Of a stretch of 64,000 nucleotides of DNA, positions 56,648 through 64,000 are shown in pieces. Position numbers and translations under genes: made by a program. Source of the DNA: Acidiferrobacterales bacterium (lineage in GTDB: Bacteria; Pseudomonadota; Gammaproteobacteria; Arenicellales; JAJDZL01); contig JAPPIB010000050.1 of the NCBI GenBank assembly GCA_028820695.1, positions 145,683 to 209,682 on the forward strand, read 5' to 3'. A model generated the notes under the pieces. That model did no database searches and was not told where the DNA came from. It was given only the letters and a program-made list of their open reading frames with translations. Position 1 is the stretch's first letter. Every line of letters starts with the position of its first letter.

Positions 56648-57964
56648 ATGAACCGCTCGGCAGATCAGGTCCCGCCCAAACCTGAATCCATCGCGGGCGG
56701 CGTCATGTCGCTCAATCGACTGATTGACCCGATGCGCGTTTTTGTGCGCGCGTCGGGTGCCTACATGTGGGACGATACCGGCAAAAGATACATTGACTAT
56801 CACGCCGCTTTCGCACCCTATCTGCTGGGGCATGGAGATCCCGATGTCAACCAGGCGGTCATTGACTCGATCATTCGAAACGAGTCGCTGATGGGTGCTG
56901 GAACCACGCCTTGGGAACATGAAATTGCTGATCTGCTGGTCGACTCAGTGCCCTACCTGGAACAGGTGCAACTGACCAACAGTGGCACGGAGGCGGTTGC
57001 CTTTTCGATACGACTGGCACGCGCTGCCACGCAAAGAAACGACATCGTGTTCATGCAGGGCGGCTACAACGGCTGGATGGATTCTGTCGCCTTCAATTTG
57101 ATGGACCCTTCATCAACTTTCAAAAATCACCGTCGCGGTGAAGAACACTCGCTCCGCCCGATTTCCGCCGGTATGCACGCGGCAACTCCGCAAGGTGCAC
57201 ATGCCGTCGAATACAACGATAAAGAGGCTTTGGTGCCACTGCTCGAAAGCGGTCAGATCGCGGCAGTCATTGTTGAGCCTGTGCTACAGAATATTGGCAT
57301 CGTCAGACCGCAGCCGGGATATCTTGATTTTGTCAGGGAACTGTGCTCTAGGCACGGTACGCTGCTCATCTTTGATGAAGTCAAGACAGGCTTTCGCCAT
57401 GCGCTTGGCGGTTACCAGTCGATTTGCAATACAGCTCCCGATCTTAGCGTTTTCGGCAAGGCCGCAGCCAACGGCTATCCCCTCGGAGTTGTTGGGGGCA
57501 AAGCGGAGTACATGTCATTTTGCTGTCACCCGGACCCTACGAAACGAGTGCTGATTGCAGGCACCTATAACGCTCATCCGTTCGTTGTGGCTGCTGCGAT
57601 TGCGACAGTGAAAAAGCTCAGGGACCGCGGTGATGAGATTTATTCACATCTGGACAGACTCGGGGAGAAACTGGAATCCGGATTAAATGATCTGTTTTCG
57701 AGCTGCGACTACCCAACATCAATCGTTCGGGTAGGCTCTGCATTTGTTGTTTACTTTATGGATCATGAACCTGTCAACTGGTCAGATATCGCTCGCAACA
57801 ATGACGCGCAGCGAGATGTCCGATATCGCAAGGCACTGATCGAAAGCGGGGTATTTCACTTTCCTGTAACGACCAAGCAGGGGAGCATTTCCTTCGCTCA
57901 CACTGATTCGGACATCGACGAAACCCTGTCGATCACCGAAAAAGTTCTGGCTGAAATCGGTTAA
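56648..57964 (+). CDS. class-III (GSAM-like) PLP-dependent aminotransferase, paralogue 1
   Basis: GAYMWD..GKRYIDY, NSGTEA, LIFDEVKTGFR and the Schiff-base lysine context DLSVFGKAAANGYPLG. 438 aa. Confidence 0.88.
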   Translation: MNRSADQVPPKPESIAGGVMSLNRLIDPMRVFVRASGAYMWDDTGKRYIDYHAAFAPYLLGHGDPDVNQAVIDSIIRNESLMGAGTTPWEHEIADLLVDSVPYLEQVQLTNSGTEAVAFSIRLARAATQRNDIVFMQGGYNGWMDSVAFNLMDPSSTFKNHRRGEEHSLRPISAGMHAATPQGAHAVEYNDKEALVPLLESGQIAAVIVEPVLQNIGIVRPQPGYLDFVRELCSRHGTLLIFDEVKTGFRHALGGYQSICNTAPDLSVFGKAAANGYPLGVVGGKAEYMSFCCHPDPTKRVLIAGTYNAHPFVVAAAIATVKKLRDRGDEIYSHLDRLGEKLESGLNDLFSSCDYPTSIVRVGSAFVVYFMDHEPVNWSDIARNNDAQRDVRYRKALIESGVFHFPVTTKQGSISFAHTDSDIDETLSITEKVLAEIG

Positions 57965-58027
57965 AAGACTGCTCGCTTATTGAATTTACGTCAGGCGAGA
58001 CCGTTGGCGCGCACCAGATGCCCTGCA

Positions 58028-58528
58028 CTACTGCGCCGCTTCAACATACATGCGCTCGCCCCAGAATCCCGATTTCCACACATTGATGCACTCCGCTGCA
58101 AATCGCTCCAATTCTTCTATGTCGGCTGCCGTAGCAAAAATGTTGCCGGTATTGCCGCCGCTTGGTCCATAGAGGTTGTTGCCGCGATCGTAGAATAGTG
58201 CAATATCAACGATGTGAAAGTCACTTTCGGGCGTCCACGACTCTGCTGGCAGCAAGCCCTCGGGATGGAAAATGTACATCAGGTCTCCGGGTGCCGGAAA
58301 CATGCACAACCACTCTTTTGGGGGATCCTCACCGAAAACGGTTTCAACCGGAAGCAGTGTATAGATTTCGTGATTGGCGTACTTTGCATGCCACATGTCA
58401 CCTTCGAACGGTAGCGCTTTGCTGATTATTTCGCAGGTTTTAGGTGAATGATCCCAACGCAGTTTCAATTTCACGCTGGCACCGTTGTTGCGCATTCCGA
58501 CGCGTACGTACTTCAACCGGTTACTCAT
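58028..58528 (-). CDS. DUF3830 family (cyclophilin-like fold) protein
   Basis: 166 aa. The string GDMWHAKYANHEIYTLLP and overall length match my recollection of DUF3830 proteins (HAKYA.NE.Y). It is the only minus-strand gene in the cluster. Confidence 0.6.
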   Translation of the reverse strand: MSNRLKYVRVGMRNNGASVKLKLRWDHSPKTCEIISKALPFEGDMWHAKYANHEIYTLLPVETVFGEDPPKEWLCMFPAPGDLMYIFHPEGLLPAESWTPESDFHIVDIALFYDRGNNLYGPSGGNTGNIFATAADIEELERFAAECINVWKSGFWGERMYVEAAQ

Positions 58529-58719
58529 TTGCTGTCTCCATTAGCACACGGAAATCCTTCCGTATCGTATCAATATCTGGCTGTCGATCGAATTATAGTG
58601 ACGCTGAACGGCTGGTTTCACCAATATGGCAGGCTTTCAGGGCGATAGGATTAATCGTCAGGGCTTTTCCAGGTTTGCATATACAATTCGGACAACAGTA
58701 AGTTTCAATTGCTCTGTGC

Positions 58720-60228
58720 ATGCCGCAATCAGTTTATCAGCTACCGAATACACCTGCAGTTGCCATCGGTGGCATCTGGCATGAGACCAATACCTTCGCG
58801 GCCAAGAACACCCATCTGGAGGACTTCAAAGCCTATCAGTTTGTAACAGGAAGCGACTTGATTGAACGCTACCGTGATACAAACTCGGAACTTGGAGGAT
58901 TCATCCGTCAGCTCACTGAGCTGAATTTCGCTGCCGTGCCAACTACATTTGCGGCAGCTGTGCCCTCCGGCACGATTGAGAGTAAAACATTTTTCCATCT
59001 GCTTGACCAGCTGATGAACCAGTTGCGCAACGCGATGCCTCTTGATGGCGTCGCACTCGCACTGCACGGTGCGGCCGTGGCTGAGCAAATCGAAAGTGCG
59101 GACGCTTATATTCTTGAACAGGTCCGCACACTTGTCGGCGACAATGTTCCCGTTGTTGCAACTTTCGACTATCACGCGAATCTAAACGAAGCCATGCTCG
59201 AGTACGCTTCAGTACTGATTGGATACGACACCTACCCGCATGTGGATATGGCAGAACGCGGAGTTGAAGCAATTAACGTCCTCAAGCAGCTTTTGTTTGA
59301 TGAGCGGAAAATTGAATGCGCATTGCGCAAAGTTCCGTTGCTAACCTCCCCTTTGAAACAGCAGACAGACGAGTTTCCAATGTCGCAGATCATCCAGCGG
59401 CTTCATGAAATTGAATGCAGTCCCGCAATCACCTGCGCATCCGTTGCCATGGGATTCCCCTATAGTGATGTCGCACACCTGGGAGCGTCTGTAGTCGTGT
59501 ATGGGACAAAGGTGCGTGAAGTCGATCTCGCAGCAAATTCAGTAGCCACCCACCTGTGGCGACTGCGACACGAGTTTCAGGACAACCTGGTATCGGTAGA
59601 TGAATGTGTTGACACGGCGCTCGGCAATTGCGCACACCCGGTCATCATCGTAGAGCCATCAGACAATGTTGGGGGAGGCAGTGCCGGGGACGGAACAGGT
59701 GTCCTGCACGCACTGCTGGAACACAACGCCGCACGCTCAGTGATCGTGATATACGATCCGGAAGCGGTTACGGAATCTATCCAAGCCGGTATCGGCAGTC
59801 GATTAAAGTTAACGATTGGTGGCAAAACGGACAGTCTGCACGGAACTCCAGTGGAAACATCTGCGGTGGTTCAGTCCATCTCAGATGGGGAATATAAACA
59901 CAAGGGCTCTTACATGACGGGCTATATTACGTCAATGGGACAAACCGCGGTGGTGCTGTCCGGTAATGTTCAAATCGTCCTCACATCAAGGCGGAGCATG
60001 CCTTTTGATGCCGAACAGTTGCGCAGCCTGAATATTGAACCGAAAGATCAGAAAATTATTGTCGTTAAGTCTGCAATTGCATGGAAAGCGGCATATGGTG
60101 AGATAGCCGGCAAGATTCTAGTCGCAGATACCCCCGGAATTTGCGCCGCAGACTTGTCCCGGCTTGCGTTTCATAATCGACCCAGACACCTGTATCCGCT
60201 TGAGCAGCACGCGACATATTCGACTTAG
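58720..60228 (+). CDS. M81 family metallopeptidase (MlrC/microcystinase C-like)
   Basis: The N-terminal AIGGIWHETNTFA motif, then DGVALALHGA, VATFDYHANL and a C-terminal MlrC_C-like half. 502 aa. Confidence 0.8.
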   Translation: MPQSVYQLPNTPAVAIGGIWHETNTFAAKNTHLEDFKAYQFVTGSDLIERYRDTNSELGGFIRQLTELNFAAVPTTFAAAVPSGTIESKTFFHLLDQLMNQLRNAMPLDGVALALHGAAVAEQIESADAYILEQVRTLVGDNVPVVATFDYHANLNEAMLEYASVLIGYDTYPHVDMAERGVEAINVLKQLLFDERKIECALRKVPLLTSPLKQQTDEFPMSQIIQRLHEIECSPAITCASVAMGFPYSDVAHLGASVVVYGTKVREVDLAANSVATHLWRLRHEFQDNLVSVDECVDTALGNCAHPVIIVEPSDNVGGGSAGDGTGVLHALLEHNAARSVIVIYDPEAVTESIQAGIGSRLKLTIGGKTDSLHGTPVETSAVVQSISDGEYKHKGSYMTGYITSMGQTAVVLSGNVQIVLTSRRSMPFDAEQLRSLNIEPKDQKIIVVKSAIAWKAAYGEIAGKILVADTPGICAADLSRLAFHNRPRHLYPLEQHATYST

Positions 60229-60247
60229 ACCCGATCAGAAACAAATC

Positions 60248-61414
60248 ATGACAATACCCCGGGAAACCGTATTTAAAGAGCCGGAATTCGAAACGAGGCT
60301 GGCAAACACTCGGCAGAAAATGGCGGCGCGCGGCATCGACACGCTAATTCTGCATTCTGCACCCAACATCTACTACCTGTGCGGTCACCACACGCTCAAT
60401 TTGTGGGACTACCAATGCCTTATCGTCCCCTCAAACAGCCCGATGGTCATGCTGCTGTGGCAATTTGAGCGCGGGCGGTTCGAGGCTTCCGCAACTTTGG
60501 CGGAACTTGAACTGTATGAAACGCACTGCGATCCGATTCAGGCTACATTGGAAGTCATTACGAGCCGCAATCTTCTGCAAGGCAGGATCGGTATTGAGGC
60601 CCAGAGCAGGTATCTGAACCCTAAAATGCATGACCAGTTGAAAGATGCACTGAATCAAGCGAATGTCGTGAACGGGTCCGGTCTAGTCGACTCGGTACGA
60701 AATATCAAGTCACCGGCTGAACTCAGTGTGATGAGAAAAGCTGCCGAAATCACTGATTTGGCGATCCGCAGCGGTTTCGACCGTATCGATATCGGTGTAA
60801 CCGATTCAAGCATTGCAGCGCGCGTGGCTTCTGTTTTGATCGATCAACACAGCCTTGGTTTTTCCGTCTACCCGATTATCTCTGCCGGTTACCGCTCTGG
60901 CATGCCTCACAATAGTAATTTCGGCTACCGGATTCAGGAGGGAGACCCCGTCTTTATTGAATGTTCCCCGAGCCACTTCTGGTACCATGCTCCTTTGATG
61001 CGCACGGCTGTGGTGGGTGAGGCAAACCGTCAAATTGAGGAATTCGCTGAACTCGAAACCGAGATAGTGGCAGCAATGCTGGAGACGGCAAAAGCCGGTG
61101 CGCTCGCGTCCGATGTGGCAGCCGTTGCAGCATCCCGAATTGCACCGATTCGCGACCAGATACTGTTTCACGAAGTATACGGCTACCCGGTAGGCATCGG
61201 ATTTCCGCCGACCTGGGGGGAAGAGTCAGGATTCGCCATCGTGCCTTCCAACCATCGTCCACTTAAGGCCGGGATGGTGTTTCACATCCCGATGACGCTT
61301 CGAGTGAACGGCGAGTTCGGGGTCGGCCTCAGCGAGACTTTTGTTGTGAGTGAGGAAGGACCACCTAAGACGCTTAGCGACCTTCCGCTGGCGCTGCACC
61401 GAGTAAACCCATGA
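60248..61414 (+). CDS. M24 family hydrolase (creatinase/Xaa-Pro peptidase/ectoine-hydrolase-like)
   Basis: Creatinase-type N-domain (FETRLANTRQKMAARGIDTLILHSAPNIYYLCG) followed by a pita-bread domain (KSPAELSVMRKAAEI ... GMVFHIP). The ATG at 60248 (codon 29) avoids overlap with the M81 gene. Confidence 0.85.
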   Translation: MTIPRETVFKEPEFETRLANTRQKMAARGIDTLILHSAPNIYYLCGHHTLNLWDYQCLIVPSNSPMVMLLWQFERGRFEASATLAELELYETHCDPIQATLEVITSRNLLQGRIGIEAQSRYLNPKMHDQLKDALNQANVVNGSGLVDSVRNIKSPAELSVMRKAAEITDLAIRSGFDRIDIGVTDSSIAARVASVLIDQHSLGFSVYPIISAGYRSGMPHNSNFGYRIQEGDPVFIECSPSHFWYHAPLMRTAVVGEANRQIEEFAELETEIVAAMLETAKAGALASDVAAVAASRIAPIRDQILFHEVYGYPVGIGFPPTWGEESGFAIVPSNHRPLKAGMVFHIPMTLRVNGEFGVGLSETFVVSEEGPPKTLSDLPLALHRVNP

Positions 61415-62724
61415 AGTTCGAACAATCCACACAACTGTACGAAACTGCAAAACAATACCTCGCGGGCGGCGTCAGCAGCAACTTTCGCTATATCGGCTAC
61501 GGAGAAAGCCCGGTTCCGCTTTTTTACGACAAAGGCAGCGGCGCAAGGCTTACTGATGCAGATGGCAATGTCTACATCGACTATGCTTTGGCCAACGGGC
61601 CCATAATTCTCGGACATGCACCTGAAGTGGTACTGAAACGGGTCAGGGAAACGCTGGCGATGGGCCAACTGTTCGCCGGCCAGACTAGTCTCGAAATTCA
61701 CCTCGCCCGCAAATTGGTGGAAATCATTCCATGCGCCGAACTTGTTCGTTTCGCATCCAGTGGAACAGAAGCGATACAGGCGGCTGTGAGGCTGGCAAGA
61801 GCGGCAACGGGAAAGTCAAAAATTGTGAAGTTCGAAGGACATTATCATGGCTGGACCGACAATGTTTTTATCAGCGTGCATCCGGCGCTCAAAGATGCAG
61901 GAGCTGAGAACATGCCAAACAGTGTTGCTCAGACTCCAGGACAATCTGCAGCTGCGCTTGAGGATGTGATCACTCTACCATGGAACAATCTGGATGTTTT
62001 CGCTGAAGTATTGCGAACTCGAGGGTCGGAAATCGCCGGGGTAGTCATGGAACCTATCAATTGCAATACCGGCGCCATTTTTCCACTTCCGGGATATTTG
62101 GAAGGAGTCAGGGAGTTAACGGAGAAATGTGGGGTCACGCTGATTTTCGATGAAGTGATCACGGGATTTCGGGTGGGTCTGTCAGGTGCGCAGGGCTTGC
62201 TCGGCATCACCCCCGACCTCGCCATATTCGCCAAGGCAATGGCGGCTGGTTTTCCGTTGGCAGCTCTTGCCGGCAAAAAAGAAATCATGGAGCTTCTGCA
62301 CTCCCGTCCAGTAATGCATGGTGGTACCTACAATGCCAATGTCATGTGTGTTGCGGCGGGCATTGCCACTATCGAATATCTGGAGTCAAACGGTGGAGAA
62401 GCCTACCGCGAGATGGAAGAATTGGGCAGGCACCTGATGCACCAACTAGAGCGAGATTCCCGCGCTGCCGGTTACAAATTTTCTGTTCAAGGCATGGGTT
62501 CGGTTTTCCATCCGATTTTTGGTTCGGTAGACAGCGTCACCAACTATCGGCAGTACCAGCGCACCGATCTCAATTTAATGAAGATGTTTTATGCCAGGCT
62601 ACAGTCGGCCGGAAGCAGGGTTACCGCCCGCGGCACATGGTTTCTGTCTACGGCCCACAGCTTGGACGATATTGCGGAAACGCTGGAACATGCGCGGCAT
62701 GTATGGAGGAATCTGGATGAATAA
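61411..62724 (+). CDS. class-III (GSAM-like) PLP-dependent aminotransferase, paralogue 2
   Basis: LAGGVSSNFR, GNVYIDY, SSGTEA, LIFDEVITGFR and the lysine context DLAIFAKAMAAGFPLA. The start overlaps the M24 stop (ATGA). Confidence 0.9.
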   Translation: MKFEQSTQLYETAKQYLAGGVSSNFRYIGYGESPVPLFYDKGSGARLTDADGNVYIDYALANGPIILGHAPEVVLKRVRETLAMGQLFAGQTSLEIHLARKLVEIIPCAELVRFASSGTEAIQAAVRLARAATGKSKIVKFEGHYHGWTDNVFISVHPALKDAGAENMPNSVAQTPGQSAAALEDVITLPWNNLDVFAEVLRTRGSEIAGVVMEPINCNTGAIFPLPGYLEGVRELTEKCGVTLIFDEVITGFRVGLSGAQGLLGITPDLAIFAKAMAAGFPLAALAGKKEIMELLHSRPVMHGGTYNANVMCVAAGIATIEYLESNGGEAYREMEELGRHLMHQLERDSRAAGYKFSVQGMGSVFHPIFGSVDSVTNYRQYQRTDLNLMKMFYARLQSAGSRVTARGTWFLSTAHSLDDIAETLEHARHVWRNLDE

Positions 62725-63463
62725 TCGTCAACAGGGTCGAATTGGATTTGTATGGCCAGGGGGCGGAGCTGAGCACGACTTTTACAGATTTCTCGAAGAA
62801 ACCGGAGATCTGGCAAGGCTGTACCTTACCTGTACCCGCGTCGGCGGCGACGGGGAAAACGATCACGATGTCGACGCCCTGCACCAAACCTCGCGCCTGG
62901 ACTGGCTGGTTGAAGCCGCTCTCAGACTCATTCCGCTTCGTGTTGATTGTGTTTATTGGCCGTGTACCAGCGGCAGTTTCATTCGCGGTCGCGAACACGC
63001 CGAAGCTCAGCTGAAAACACTGACCGAGACGGTTGGCGTCCCATCCGGCAGTACATCACTGGCATTTATCGAAGCGCTTCGTCTTTGCAATTTCACCCGC
63101 GTGAGTGTCTTATCGACCTACCCAAAAGCGGCTTCTGAAGCACTGAAGTCTTTTCTTGGACAATTCGATGTTGAAGTGCTGAGCATGAACTGGCTGAATG
63201 CTGCATCCGGCTGGGATGCTGCGCTTTTCGAACCCGAATTCATCATTGAACATATCCCGGATACGATTCATCCGGATGCTGAGGTACTGTTGATACCTGA
63301 TACCGCAATGCCAACACTGTTTGCTGCAAGTGACTTTGAAAAAGCAGCCGGTATTCCGGTTTTCACTGCCAACGGCGTGACGATGTGGAACGCGACAAAT
63401 CTAGCGGGACTGTCTGTATCTGATGACAGATTCGGCTCGCTTATTTCAGGAAAGTGGAATTGA
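62717..63463 (+). CDS. Asp/Glu/hydantoin racemase superfamily protein (maleate isomerase / arylmalonate decarboxylase / EutA-like)
   Basis: RIGFVWPGGG....DFYRF and VYWPCTSGSFI fit this superfamily. The ATG at 62717 (codon 43 of ORF 62591) overlaps the previous gene by 8 nt. Confidence 0.7.
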   Translation: MNNRQQGRIGFVWPGGGAEHDFYRFLEETGDLARLYLTCTRVGGDGENDHDVDALHQTSRLDWLVEAALRLIPLRVDCVYWPCTSGSFIRGREHAEAQLKTLTETVGVPSGSTSLAFIEALRLCNFTRVSVLSTYPKAASEALKSFLGQFDVEVLSMNWLNAASGWDAALFEPEFIIEHIPDTIHPDAEVLLIPDTAMPTLFAASDFEKAAGIPVFTANGVTMWNATNLAGLSVSDDRFGSLISGKWN

Positions 63464-64000
63464 ACGAAGCAAAATATGCTTTTTCCGCTCCAAATGATTA
63501 CTCCCGCGGTACTGCCGTGGCAAGCATAATCGGTTCGCTTGAGTTCAACACTGTTTGGCCGGCAAACATTCAGGACGTGCATTTTCATGGCGTAGCGCGG
63601 GGAGCAAATCTTCGTGCTTACGCGATGACACTTGGATCAGGTGGAGGAACCTATACGGCCAACAGTTAGCCAGCTTGCGAAACACAGATAGTTACTGGCG
63701 GCCAATCTATGCAGGCGTAATCAATGACAGCGTTGATTTTCTGAATTTGAGTGTTGGTGCAGCTGGAACAATCGAAGCTTACACCGAGCAGCAGATACGT
63801 CAGAACTTCTCGCACACGATTTCCGCAATGGCACAGACAGGTTCAGCCAACAAGACAGTCTTTGTCTGGGCCGCCGCAAACGCAGCTAATGATAGCGGGT
63901 GCAGTGACAATGGAATAACCGACGCCTGTAACGGCAACATTCCGAACGCAAATTCGCCGGAGATATACGCCGGAATGATGGCGCGCATCAGTGAACTTCA
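63454..64000 (+). pseudogene. S8 (subtilisin-like) peptidase-related reading frame, apparently disrupted; continues past the window end
   Basis: Frame 1 (63454-63669) reads ..SRGTAVASIIGS...HGVARGANLRAYAMTLGSGGGTYTA and then a TAG stop. Frame 3 from about 63700 reads IYAGVINDSVDFLNLSVGAAG...KTVFVWAAANAANDSG... to nt 64000. Together these resemble the His-region, the xxxSLG block and the AAGN block of S8 peptidases. However, there is a stop plus frame change, no Asp-motif region, and Arg where the catalytic His is expected. Confidence 0.3.

Noticed and set aside
51200-63463. Annotating the cluster as a canonical ectoine/hydroxyectoine utilisation locus (ehu/eut/doe)
   Set aside because: Only part of the gene set fits: the ABC importer type, the M24 hydrolase, the racemase-superfamily protein and the class-III aminotransferases. 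eutB, eutC, doeB/eutE, doeC and the usual regulator are absent, and the aminotransferases look GSAM-like rather than EctB/DoeD-like. The resemblance is reported as a hypothesis only.
1-64000. Search for tRNA, rRNA, tmRNA, CRISPR arrays and long tandem or dispersed repeats
   Set aside because: I saw no T-loop/acceptor-type strings (GGTTCGAATCC-like) outside coding frames, no rRNA-like segments and no regularly spaced direct repeats. The few homopolymer runs (G8 at about 2953, A7 at about 46703, T7 at about 31091) are isolated. Absence is judged by eye and should be confirmed with tRNAscan, Infernal and a repeat finder.

Overview
This 64-kb window is a chromosomal segment of a Gammaproteobacterium. 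That call rests on synteny: leuS-lptE-holA, proA-nadD-rsfS, maf-yhdP-nit-tldD-pmbA, fmdB-aspS-nudB, mpl, rnd, relA. GC is roughly 50% by hand counts of a few stretches. Coding density is high, with about 57 supported protein genes. I found no rRNA, tRNA or CRISPR array.

Most of the window is housekeeping. Four parts look accessory or unusual:

1. 2.5-3.3 kb: a decayed IS630-family transposase fragment downstream of gdhB.
2. 21.9-24.2 kb: a two-gene type II restriction-modification module (C5 cytosine methyltransferase plus a small unassignable endonuclease). It sits, with about 0.5 kb of non-coding DNA, between the normally adjacent nit-hydrolase and tldD genes.
3. 31.1-36.5 kb: a tight operon of a YeeE/YedE sulfur-compound channel, a GcvH-like lipoate-binding protein, a fused LplA-type ligase, two radical-SAM proteins of the LipS1/LipS2 type, and RidA. 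This is the dedicated lipoate-assembly gene set known from sHdr sulfur-oxidation loci, but no shdr, tusA/dsrE or gcvTP genes are in the window.
4. 50.2-64 kb: a regulator-less catabolic cluster that follows a truncated integrase fragment. It encodes a stand-alone N,N-dimethylformamidase large-subunit homologue, a polar-amino-acid-type ABC importer, two GSAM-like class-III aminotransferases, DUF3830, an M81 (MlrC-like) peptidase, an M24 (creatinase/ectoine-hydrolase-like) hydrolase and an Asp/Glu-racemase-superfamily protein. It ends in a disrupted S8-peptidase-like reading frame. It resembles ectoine-utilisation loci only in part, and I regard it and the lipoate operon as the best candidates for undescribed biology.

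All functional calls come from reading the supplied translations and recognising motifs from memory. No database search was run.
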